DNA of 64,000 bases from Paraspadella gotoi (taxonomy: Eukaryota > Animalia > Chaetognatha), in contig CM119263.1 of NCBI GenBank assembly GCA_051294375.1, forward strand, positions 6,358,932-6,422,931. The letters run 5' to 3'. The notes beneath the pieces were generated by a model, which did no database searches, was not told the DNA's origin, and worked only from the letters and a program-made list of their open reading frames with translations. Shown piece after piece: positions 51,185 through 62,518 of this stretch. Within the stretch, counting starts at the first letter, position 1. Every line of letters begins with the position of its first letter. The translations under genes were made by a program, and so were the position numbers.

Positions 51185-52398
51185 GTGAGTACATATTTTA
51201 TTTTTCATGCAATTCGCATACGTGCTCATAAAGGCCTCGAAGCTTGTAGTGCAAAAAAATTCAGTGATTCTGTAGTATTTTACTTTTAGTCTAAAGAAAC
51301 TGAAATATATCATCTACCAAAAAACATAATTCTTACCAAAGAACTGAAAACTTAAAAATGTCATAGTATTTTGTTTCTATATAACTGCGTAAATATGATC
51401 GTTAATTAGTTTTTGTCATAATTGCTGATCACTTAGGCATCAGTCATAACCGCGTTTTCTTATTATGGTGAAGTTGTATTACATAAGAATATCTGTGCTT
51501 TGCTTATTTGAAAAAAGATTTCAAATATCTTTATATATCAATCTTTATGACAGGTTTTTCCAGATATGGGCACATTGTTTGCAATTCCTGAAAGTGATAA
51601 AACGATATAATATTTATAGAGCTACTTTTGGCATTTTAAGTTGATCAATCAGCAAACACTAAGCTCTAAAAGTTTGGAATTTGTATGGCTGTTTTTAACT
51701 TGGCTTTGTTTTACTGCGCTGTGACTGTGATTTTTATATATTATATTATAAATTTTGTATATAAGTTTGAGACATTTTAAAAAATTTTAGCAGAGAAGGA
51801 TTTAGCTTGCCGTTCCATTCTCCTCTTCCTCTTCTTTTCTCCTCCTCCTGCCCCTCGGTATATTTTGTCTTGCGATACATTCTCTAGTTTCTACTCTTCG
51901 CGAAATATACAATTTTTTCCCTCAATTTCCTCACGCCTTCAATACCCCTCAAGTTTAGAAATGTTTTTAAAATTTTGTAATAGTTATTTTAAAGCTATTC
52001 TTTTGTTCCGAAAGGTTATTTCTTTTCTACTCTTATTTATTGACTTACTCTTTATATGACCTAACTTTTCACCAAGCTAATTAGTAATTACCTCTTTTAT
52101 ATCATTGAATGACAGTGGTACGGACTTCGCCGGAAATAAATTTGTTAGTCTTAAAAAAACTTGATATCGCAGACGCAGTGTTTAATGCATGTATAAATTT
52201 ATGATCTTCATAATGTAAAGTGAGGTCTAGCTCTATTGCGACCAGCTTCAGGTGCTTACAGCGCAATAACGGTTTATGATAGAAGAAAAAAAGGAGTGTA
52301 ATTGGAAACTAGGCTAATTTCTCTTTCAATCGTTATCAAAAATGTTTGGAAAATTTAGCGGCAACTTTGGTAATTGATGCTTTTTGCATATCATGTAT

Positions 52399-52816
52399 TT
52401 TTTTTTGTGAAATCCTTTCTTTCGTTCTTTTGGATTACGAAAAAGTTTTAATTAGATTCAAGAACTATTTTTTGAGACAGTGAACATGTTTCGACTTTAA
52501 ATTCAAGTCTTCATCAGCACTTGTGATTCGATAAACAATTTTCACATTACAGGAAATGTGCGAGAGAAAAGTGGGAAAAGGTTACCAACAAAGATTTTGA
52601 GAAAGGGACAGTAGTTAAAGTTGAGGACAGGATAAGTTTAGACCAGAGAGAGAGATATTGAAAAGAAACTTGGTGTGATTGTGTGTGGGAGAGAGAGAGA
52701 TAAATAGTGAATCTGGGTAAAGGCAAATATATACATTTAGGTAATAAACAAGGTAACATAGGCAAACTTAACAATTAAAAAGAAAATAAATTAGTAACCA
52801 TAATTAATTAATCATT
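52399..52816 (-). mobile_element. Probable Penelope-like retroelement pLTR / 3' remnant
   Basis: Contains the hammerhead. On the minus strand it is preceded by a pyrimidine-rich tract and followed by an A-rich tail (AAAAGAACGAAAGAAAGGATTTCACAAAA), organised like the fragments at 57591-57697 and 48647-48746. No RT/GIY-YIG ORF is visible, and the boundaries are approximate. Confidence 0.5.
52479..52521 (-). ncRNA. Minimal type-I hammerhead ribozyme (Penelope-pLTR type)
   Basis: The minus strand reads AGUG-CUGAUGA-A-GAC(uugaauuuaaa)GUC-GAAA-CAUG-UU-CACU. It has an intact CUGAnGA and GAAA core, stem I AGUG/CACU, stem II GAC/GUC, a one-bp stem III capped by palindromic CAUG, and a GUU cleavage triplet. 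This is the architecture described for Penelope-like-element hammerheads. Confidence 0.8.
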
Positions 52817-55800
52817 NNNNNNNNNNNNNNNNNNNNNNNNNTAAAGAGAATGAAATGGAAAAGGAAATTTATATAAGTGGTGAGGGATAGCTAAGAATAA
52901 AGTAAGGGAAAATTAAGATAAAAAAGAGCTCAAAGTGAGCTGTCCCCCCCCCAGCCGGGCAAAGGAAGGACGGGACGATGGTGCCGGGTCATTGGCTTGT
53001 TATTGGCTGTGAGGACAAGGTTGTCGCAAACGAGATCGAGGGAAATATATCATAATTTTTCGCCCCGGTTCGTAACAAAATTTTGGGAAATTTTGGCGAA
53101 AATGAAGATGAAGATGGTAACTTCTGACTTGAGACCGCGCAGTTTTTCTGAATGTAATAACCCTGTGTTAATGAAAATGTAGGATAGAGTAGCAGGTTGT
53201 CCAACGCATCCCCTCCAGAATTGGATTCCTGGGCGCGGTCACAAAAGCATATGCCGACATCTCTGAAACCTTGGAAAAGGTCATGGTTGCCAAAAGTTAA
53301 TATTTTTTATGAATTGTGATATCTTTACAATTCTTAACATGTGTATTAATTTCCATGTCATAATTCGTTTATTTATCCATTCAAACGAATTTTTTTATTT
53401 AGTTCTTAAAGTTTGAATAGAATCGTTCAAATAAAATAAATTTTATCTATTTGTCTTATTTTAGCTTTAAACTAATATTTGGATAAATTGAATTAAAATA
53501 TAATATTTAATGGAAAAAGTAATTGATGAAATTAAAAATTAAGTTTTGATGAATTGTTTATGGAAATGGGTATAAATAAAAAAAATATTTCGGTTCAACA
53601 ACCGAAATATTTTTTCATTTAATTATCAAACACAACGAAAAGAGAGATTACAATTATTTTATTATATATATAAATTTATGTATATACAAAATTATATCTT
53701 ATTAAAAAAATTATTTCATTTTTTTAATAACAAATATATAATTTAATAAAAAGCAAAAAATATTTAAATAAAAAATAATTTCCAAACAAAAATTGGTACA
53801 AAATAAATCATTTATTAGGTAATCGCCATACTTTTGCTGACGGGAACTGAACTGGTTGGTTATTGTTTTATACATACATCATTATATTTTTTTCTTGTTG
53901 TATCATAAAAATGTTTTTTTCGAATTTTAAAAACTGATATGGGTAGAGCTAAAAAAATAAATAAAAAATATTATTAATACTAATAATAATAATAATAAAC
54001 TATTAATAATAGATTTCCAAATTTTTATGTTTTATCAATTAAAATTAGTAAAAAAATATAAAATTATAGTATGTTAATAATGATAATTTTTGGGAGTTTT
54101 CCCCCAATTTAACCCACTTATCATCGAAATGTTTTCATTGCCAATTCATTTATAAATATTGAAATGTTTCACTAGTTAAAAAAAGTGATAGTAAATATAT
54201 GATGAACAAATGAATTTTGTATTATAGAACTTCTAATGATAAAAAGTGACAAATTCTGGCCCGTCTTAGTAGTTAGGGTGAAGGGTAGTTAGGGTTAGGG
54301 GTGGTTACTGGTTAGTTAAAATTATGGTTACGGTTAAAGGTGGTTGGGGTAAAATTAAAAAAAAACAATTATTTTTTTTGTGATCAATTAATTAAAAAAT
54401 TAAATATTAATTATATTTTTTTCTTTAATTCAAATTTAAATTTTAACAGATAATAAAAAACCAGGGCTTAAGCATTTAGTTTAAGGAGAATGAGAGAGAA
54501 ACATGTATTATAATAGCTTATACTTAGTTAAATCAGAATTATATTATTATTTTTTTAATATTAATCCGGAATTCCGGATTCATCATCTCATTAGTTAATT
54601 GTGGCATAAACGAGCAGAAATGGGGCGCTCTGGGAAAATAGTGCCAAAACTTTTTGGTGTTTTTCTAATGGACAGTAAACACCGGGTATCACAATGGAAA
54701 AGATTATGACATTTTCTTTCGTTTTTTGATTTTCGTAAACTCGATCGTTCTCTTCGGAAGACTAATTGCTTGCCCAATCCCCCAGAAAAAAAATTCGGTT
54801 GAATTTTTTTTTCCATTTCTGAGTTTATCTTTGAAAAACTCTTTTTACAAGTTCAGCCCGATCCTTCTTCGAATTCCTCCAATCCACGTTGGTCTTTGAG
54901 AGAAGGAATGTTTCCTGTCTCACCGTCGATCCCTCGGTGAAAAAAAGCCTTTCCGAATTTTTTTTTTTCGGTCTGCCTAGTTATATTGTCGCTTTCCTTT
55001 TAAGAGTTGGAATTTTAATTTTATTTAAAAATTGGTTTCTCGGGTGAAACCGGATTTTTTTTATTACTTAAGACCGATGACGTGATCGACACTGAAAACG
55101 TGATTGATAAGTCCAAAGGGGAAGTCTCTCGCATTTTTCCTAACATATATGGTTTCGTGTCATCGCGCGACTTATGATCTTGAATTATGTCACGACAAAT
55201 GTCACGAAATTAGTTTTTTTTTTGCCTGATTGCCTCCTACGTCTCGAGTTTAAAAACACACATCAAACTTTTTTTCGTTTAAATTAAAATCATTCGGTTA
55301 ACTTCGTCCTTTTTTCTTTGGATGTTGCTTCGACCATCTTTACTTCAAGCTATGTCAAAACATTACGTTCCTTCTTTGGGCCATTATTTTAATATTATAT
55401 TGTAACTAATCATTTATGTATTTTGAGTAATTTTTACTTTTGCTCCGACTTTCTTTTTCTTTCCTTAGGCGTTGTCTGATTATCGGATGAATTTCTAGAT
55501 GACCTTCCCACCCCTAGGCATTTTTGTGTTAACAACCAAAGACGTAATGACGTGCTTTTTCTCTTTTTCGCGATCTAACTAGTTATACAATCTTTCTTGT
55601 CAAATCGACCTATAAATGCTCTCTTCGATTTAAAAACATACAGCGGGCATAGTTCCAATCGAAGTTTTGCGCGTAGGAACTTTGAAGCGGAAAACAAGCC
55701 CGTTCCTAAGACGAATGAGTGAGCGAATTTGATCGAAGAAATCTCATCGTTATCTTTTTTTTTCGCTTATTGAACGCCAATCTGAAGATTTTTTTTTCTA

Positions 55801-55926
55801 TTCGATTTGCCTCTTTCCGAATCCTCCAAGAAATTTCTGACCTTGAAGTATGCGGCTCGACTTTTTGAACGATTCGAAACCGGTAGACAACTGTTATCCG
55901 AATGAAAGGAAAATACTGTTGAAACC

Positions 55927-58900
55927 ATGGCAGAACTCGACATCCAAACGGTTCGTCTTAAGAGGATTGACACTGGAACCCCCTGGGGTTTTCGATTACA
56001 AGGTAGTTATTTTTTGTTCATTCTGACCATTTATTTCAAACAGTTGATTTTTTTATTCATTTCATAAATATATGGGGTGTTCTGGTAAGGGTGGTTTAAG
56101 GTTAAGGAAGAGTAGAGTTAAGGTAGTTAGTAATAATATTTACTTATTTTTAAAAAAAAAAGAAATTTAATGTATTGTTTCTTAAAAGAATCGAAAGTAA
56201 AATTTTACCGAGTTTATAATTAACAAAATATATGGCTTTTAGTTTCTTTTAGTAAAAATTGATTTGCCTTCATTACTTGATTACTTAGCTTTACCCTAAT
56301 TTCTGCTTATTAATTTTTTTTTCTTGCATATCCTAATTATTTAGGAGGCAAGGACTTTCACACGCCATTGTCCGTTCAGAAAGTCGCTGAGAAATCAATT
56401 GCGAAACGGGCCGGAGTTAAAGAAGGCGATGCTATTCTTGCAATCGGCAAAGCAAAAACAGAAAATCTTGATCATGAGGAAGCAAAAATGGAAATTATAC
56501 GTAATGGAAATGAACTCGAGTTTATCGTTTGTGGTATTTTAAGGAAATCAATAATGTATAAACTGTAAAGCTGTAAACTGGTATGTGCAATTGTGCATAC
56601 TTTCTAATTCAACAATTTTTTTTCTAAACATTACAGTCCAGCGTGGTGCGGTCAAAATTTGGCAGCCTGAAGTGACGCCTATTTCGTCTTTGCGACCTAA
56701 AGAGTTTAATTTGAACAAGCCAATGGGCGAATCTCCACCTCCATTACAAAAACCTCCTTGCAAGCCCATAAACCATCTTACGTTTCGATTGGCGTTACCC
56801 ATAATAGAGCGCCCAAGGTATTTTAGCAATCCTATTTTTCTAAAAAGTTTGTGTGTTAACCAACTTATTTGCCTCAAATAAATTCTAGGGTTTTGCACCA
56901 TCAGCATCGGTTAATTTACCTGATAATAAGCAAATGATCCAGCAAGTCAACTCGCCATCTCCCTATATTCAGCCGAAAACGCAGCAGAAGCATTTACTAG
57001 TCAAATGGGAGCACACGTTTCAAAACTGAAGTTACGGGATTAAATCTTAATGATAAAAAACCAGCGATGCCGCACCGACCCTCGTTGTATGGAGAAGATG
57101 AAGGCAGCCATCCACAGGTTAAAATCAGGACTAATACTGATAGTAATAGGACTATAACTCTTTGATCATTTGCAATTGACTTATACTATAATTCTGGTTT
57201 TACTTAGGTTCAATCACGTTCTTTTATGATGCTGCAACAAGCCTTAGACGATTCTGAAGGGACACCGAATCTTCCAGTTCTAGATGGTCAAAAGAGGGCG
57301 GGGTGAATGCTCCGAATCCAGAATTACCATGCCCTCAAGGGGTGACACCGATCAGGCCTGTGAAACCACCGACTCCAAAAGCTCCATCTGAAAAATTACC
57401 CCAGCAACAACATATGACTTGCTTTGTTTGCAGCGGATTATGCACAGGTTTGTCGTTGAACAGCAGATTACCATAATGAAAATATAGTTTTAGGATTTAA
57501 GAAGTGTAACGAAAAATTCGTTTAACAACAATTTATTAAGTTTATAAGGACATGTTTTGACTCTATTTGTGTGATGAAGACTCGAAACATAGTCGAAACA
57601 TGTCCTTATTAACTTAATAAATTGTTGTTAAAAAACGAGTTTTTCTTACACTCCTTAAATTTACAATTAAACAACAAAAAGAAAGATTGAATACAAAGTT
57701 ATAGGATTTTAATTTTATCTCAAAGATAAGAACACCAAAGCTTTTTAAAATTCTAATACTTAAGGGAGTGGTCTTTTATACAAAACAATTATTTAAAACA
57801 TTATACCACTTCATTGATAGGGAAGCCAGGTACCCTGGGTTAAATAAACTTCACTGAGAAAGTTTGGATTGAAGTCTTGCAATGATGCCCGGCTATGTTA
57901 TTATTTAATTTTCTTTAATTTTTTGGATTCAGATATAGCTCAAGAAGTCACTTTTTAGTAGTTTACTTGGTATCTGTTTGTCCATTGATTTGTCCCTCTC
58001 ATTTATCAATTAAGTTCACACTTGGTAAATTAACGCAAGACCTTACAAGTGCACGTTTATGTATCATTCTGGTGGAGTCATTTGATCACCTAAAAAATTG
58101 TTCACACAACCAAAAAACAATGCCGTATAATTCATGAAATACTAAATCATTTTAAGTGATATTTGGCTTTTCTGCATATTGTTCATACTTTGTCACGTGA
58201 TCAAAAGTTAAATGCAGCATACTGTGTGTAATATTTGTTTTTTTGCTTAACTTAACATAAAAGTTAAAAACAATTTAAACAATATATATAAATAATAATA
58301 ACTTTTATTCAACTTTTTTTGTTCTATGGGAATCAGTTTATGAATGTAACCTTTTGCGACGATTTTGCTGTGGTTCTGCACATAAGTGGCGTCGTCATTG
58401 TCGTTGTCGGCGTTCCAAATTATAAATCGCCTTTTTGATGATTAAATTTGGGTGTATGAAGATAAAAATTTATCTACATCTTCTCATCATCGATGTCCTT
58501 AAAATTGGGTCAGGACAGTTATTAAATGTTTTGTTTGTTTTATCAAAACAAACAAATCTCCTTTATTTTATTTTTATGTTTCTTTCTCTCTCTCTTTTCT
58601 CTTTTAATTATATGTAGAAATCTCTCTCTCTTTTCCCCAGTGCTGATTCATTGAAAAAAAAACGAGTCTGCAGCTGGCTCTGCTGGGGCTCTTTCTTTTT
58701 CTCTCTTTTTCGCCTGTGCTTCTGCCTTTTGACTTTTTTTTTTCTGTTCTCTCTATTCTCTCTCTCTTCTCTCTCTCTCTCTCTTTTTTTCTCTTTTTTT
58801 TTCTCTTTTTTTTTCTCAGGGGCTGCGTCTGCTAATCAGTTTATTGATAATAATTTTTTTTTTTCTTTTTTTTTTCAGAAACTAACTTTAATTTTCCTCG

Positions 58901-59361
58901 CGTACTTATTATTTTTTTAATTGACAATCGCAAAATAGAATTAATTTTCTTTTCTTCCCTTTCTATTCTTTCTTTCTTCTTTTCTTCTCCTTCATTCTTT
59001 CTTTCCTTTCTTTATTCTTTCTTCTTTTTCTTTCTGTTTTATAAATTATTTCTTTTCTCAAATTTGATTTTTTAGTATCAAAATTTGTCGTCAATCCAGA
59101 TTTTTCTTATGCGATTGCGACGATCCTTATGCTTTTAAGATTGTTTAGCATAAATATTGTAAATTTTGTTGACAGGAGTGTTTGTAAAGATCCATGGTCA
59201 ACCACTCCATCCTGATTGCTTTCGATGCAAGATTTGCCGGATGAATCTTAAACAAAAAGGATTTATTTTGGATTAATAATGAAATGTACTGTGAAACACT
59301 ATGCCAAGCAATAGTTTCTCAACCACCTGCTCCTGGAATGGTTCCAGTTGTCCTTAATTAA
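55927..59361 (+). CDS. PDZ and LIM domain protein, ALP/Zasp-type (PDZ + ZM motif + ALP motif + one LIM), copy 1; carries several 1-bp frameshifts
   Basis: Exons ~55927-56002, 56345-~56527, 56637-56817, 56889-57117, 57208-57447, 59176-59361. PDZ signature PWGFRLQGGKDF..PLSVQKV; ZM-like QQVNSPASLYSAENAAEAF; ALP-motif-like VQSRSFMMLQ; LIM CFVC...GVFVKIHGQPLHPDCFRCKICRMNLKQKG...MYCET(H), resembling the PDLIM1-4 LIM. Indels relative to copy 2 break the frame in exons 2-5, and exon 6 also needs small indel corrections. Confidence 0.9.
57495..57697 (+). mobile_element. Inverted-repeat Penelope-like pLTR fragment with degenerate hammerhead core, in the last intron of the PDZ-LIM gene
   Basis: 57495-57562 is an imperfect reverse complement of 57591-57660. 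57571-57609 reads GTGATGA-A-GACT(cgaaacat)AGTC-GAAA-CATG-TC-CTTAT, a hammerhead core with C3->G and no 5' strand of stem I. Confidence 0.65.
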
Positions 59362-62300
59362 CTACAGAACAAACCGCAAAAACAAAGACAAATCGCTTTG
59401 ACTGGTTAATTTTTTTGCTGTCAAGTAGTTAGTGATTTTATTGCAGTCTCAAAAGCTTCTGTATTAATGATTTTTCTTACGATCTGAATCTTCTTGGCAC
59501 TTATAAATATGGCTTACGGCTCGTTCGTTATCTCTCTCCCCCCCCCCCAGCCGGGCAAAGGAAGGACGGGACGATGGTGCCGGGTCATTGGCTTGTTATT
59601 GGCTGTGAGGACAAGGTTGTCGCAAACGAGATCGAGGGACATATATCATAATTTTTCGCCCCGGTTCGTAACAAAATTTTGGGAAATTTTGGCGAAAATG
59701 AAGATGAAAGATGGTAACTTCTACTTGAGCGCGCAGTTTTTCTGAATGTAATAACCCTGATTAATGAAAATGTAGGATAGAGTAGCAGGTTGTCCAACGC
59801 ATCCCCTCCAGAATTGGATTCCTGGGCGCGGTCACAAAAGCATATGCCGACATCTCTGAAACCTTGGAAAAGGTCATGGTTGCCAAAAGTTAATATTTTT
59901 TATGAATTGTGATATCTTTACAATTCTTAACATGTGTATTAATTTCCATGTCATAATTCGTTTATTTATCCATTCAAACGAATTTTTTTATTTAGTTCTT
60001 AAAGTTTGAATAGAATCGTTCAAATAAAATAAATTTTATCTATTTGTCTTATTTTAGCTTTAAACTAATATTTGGATAAATTGAATTAAAATATAATATT
60101 TAATGGAAAAAGTAATTGATGAAATTAAAAATTAAGTTTTGATGAATTGTTTATGGAAATGGGTATAAATAAAAAAATATTTCGGTTCAACAACCGAAAT
60201 ATTTTTTCATTTAATTATCAAACACAACGAAAAGAGAGATTACAATTATTTTATTATATATATAAATTTATGTATATACAAAATTATATCTTATTAAAAA
60301 AATTATTTCATTTTTTTAATAACAAATATATAATTTAATAAAAAGCAAAAAATATTTAAATAAAAAATAATTTCCAAACAAAAATTGGTACAAAATAAAT
60401 CATTTATTAGGTAATCGCCATACTTTTGCTGACGGGAACTGAACTGGTTGGTTATTGTTTTATACATACATCATTATATTTTTTTTCTTGTTGTATCATA
60501 AAATGTTTTTTTCGAATTTTAAAAACTGATATGGGTAGAGCTAAAAAAATAAATAAAAAATATTATTAATACTAATAATAATAATAAATAAACTATTAAT
60601 AATAGATTTCCAAATTTTTATGTTTTATCAATTAAAATTAGTAAAAACTATAAAATTATAGTATGTTAATAATGATAATTTTTGGGAGTTTTCCCCCAAT
60701 TTAACCCACTTATCATCGAAATGTTTTCATTGCCAATTCATTTATAAATATTGAAATGTTTCACTAGTTAAAAAAGTGATAGTAAATATATGATGAACAA
60801 AATGAATTTTGTATTATAGAACTTCTAATGATAAAAAGTGACAAATTCTGGCCCGTCTTAGTAGTTAGGGTGAAGGGTAGTTAGGGTTAGGGGTGGTTAC
60901 TGGTTAGTTAAAATTATGGTTACGGTTAAAGGTGGTTGGGGTAAAATTAAAAAAAAACAATTATTTTTTTTTGTGATCAATTAATTAAAAAATTAAATAT
61001 TAATTATATTTTTTTCTTTAATTCAAATTTAATTTTTAACAGATAATAAAAAACCAGGGCTTAAGCATTTAGTTTAAGGAGAATGAGAGAGAAACATGTA
61101 TTATAATAGCTATACTTAGTTAAATCAGAATTATATTATTATTTTTTAATATTAATCCGGAATTCCGGATTCATCATCTCATTAGTTAATTGTGGCATAA
61201 ACGAGCAGAAATGGGGCGCTCTGGGAAAATAGTGCCAAAACTTTTTGGTGTTTTTCTAATGGACAGTAAACACCGGGTATCACAATGGAAAAGATTATGA
61301 CATTTTCTTTCGTTTTTTGATTTTCGTAAACTCGATCGTTCTCTTCGGAAGACTAATTGCTTGCCCAATCCCCCAGAAAAAAAATTCGGTTGAATTTTTT
61401 TTTTCCATTTCTGAGTTTATCTTTGAAAAACTCTGTTTACAAGTTCAGCCCGATCCTTCTTCGAATTCCTCCAATCCACGTTGGTCTTTGAGAGAAGGAA
61501 TGTTTCCTGTCTCACCGTCGATCCCTCGGTGAAAAAAAGCCTTTCCGAATTTTTTTTTTTCGGTCTGCCTAGTTATATTGTCGCTTTCCTTTTAAGAGTT
61601 GGAATTTTAATTTTATTTAAAAATTGGTTTCTCGGGTGAAACCGGATTTTTTTTATTACTTAAGACCGATGACGTGATCGACACTGAAAACGTGATTGAT
61701 AAGTCCAAAGGGGAAGTCTCTCGCATTTTTCCTAACATATATGGTTTCGTGTCATCGCGCGACTTATGATCTTGAATTATGTCACGACAAATGTCACGAA
61801 ATTAGTTTTTTTTTTGCCTGATTGCCTCCTACGTCTCGAGTTTAAAAACACACATCAAACTTTTTTTCGTTTAAATTAAAATCATTCGGTTAACTTCGTC
61901 CTTTTTTCTTTGGATGTTGCTTCGACCATCTTTACTTCAAGCTATGTCAAAACATTACGTTCCTTCTTTGGGCCATTATTTTAATATTATATTGTAACTA
62001 ATCATTTATGTATTTTGAGTAATTTTTACTTTTGCTCCGACTTTCTTTTTCTTTCCTTAGGCGTTGTCTGATTATCGGATGAATTTCTAGATGACCTTCC
62101 CACCCCTAGGCATTTTTGTGTTAACAACCAAAGACGTAATGACGTGCTTTTTCTCTTTTTCGCGATCTAACTAGTTATACAATCTTTCTTGTCAAATCGA
62201 CCTATAAATGCTCTCTTCGATTTAAAAACATACAGCGGGCATAGTTCCAATCGAAGTTTTGCGCGTAGGAACTTTGAAGCGGAAAACAAGCCCGTTCCTA

Positions 62301-62518
62301 AGACGAATGAGTGAGCGAATTTGATCGAAGAAATCTCATCGTTATCTTTTTTTTTCGCTTATTGAACGCCAATCTGAAGATTTTTTTTTCTATTCGATTT
62401 GCCTCTTTCCGAATCCTCCAAGAAATTTCTGACCTTGAAGTATGCGGCTCGACTTTTTGAACGATTCGAAACCGTAGAACAACTGTTATCCGAATGAAAG
62501 GAAAATACTGTTGAAACC

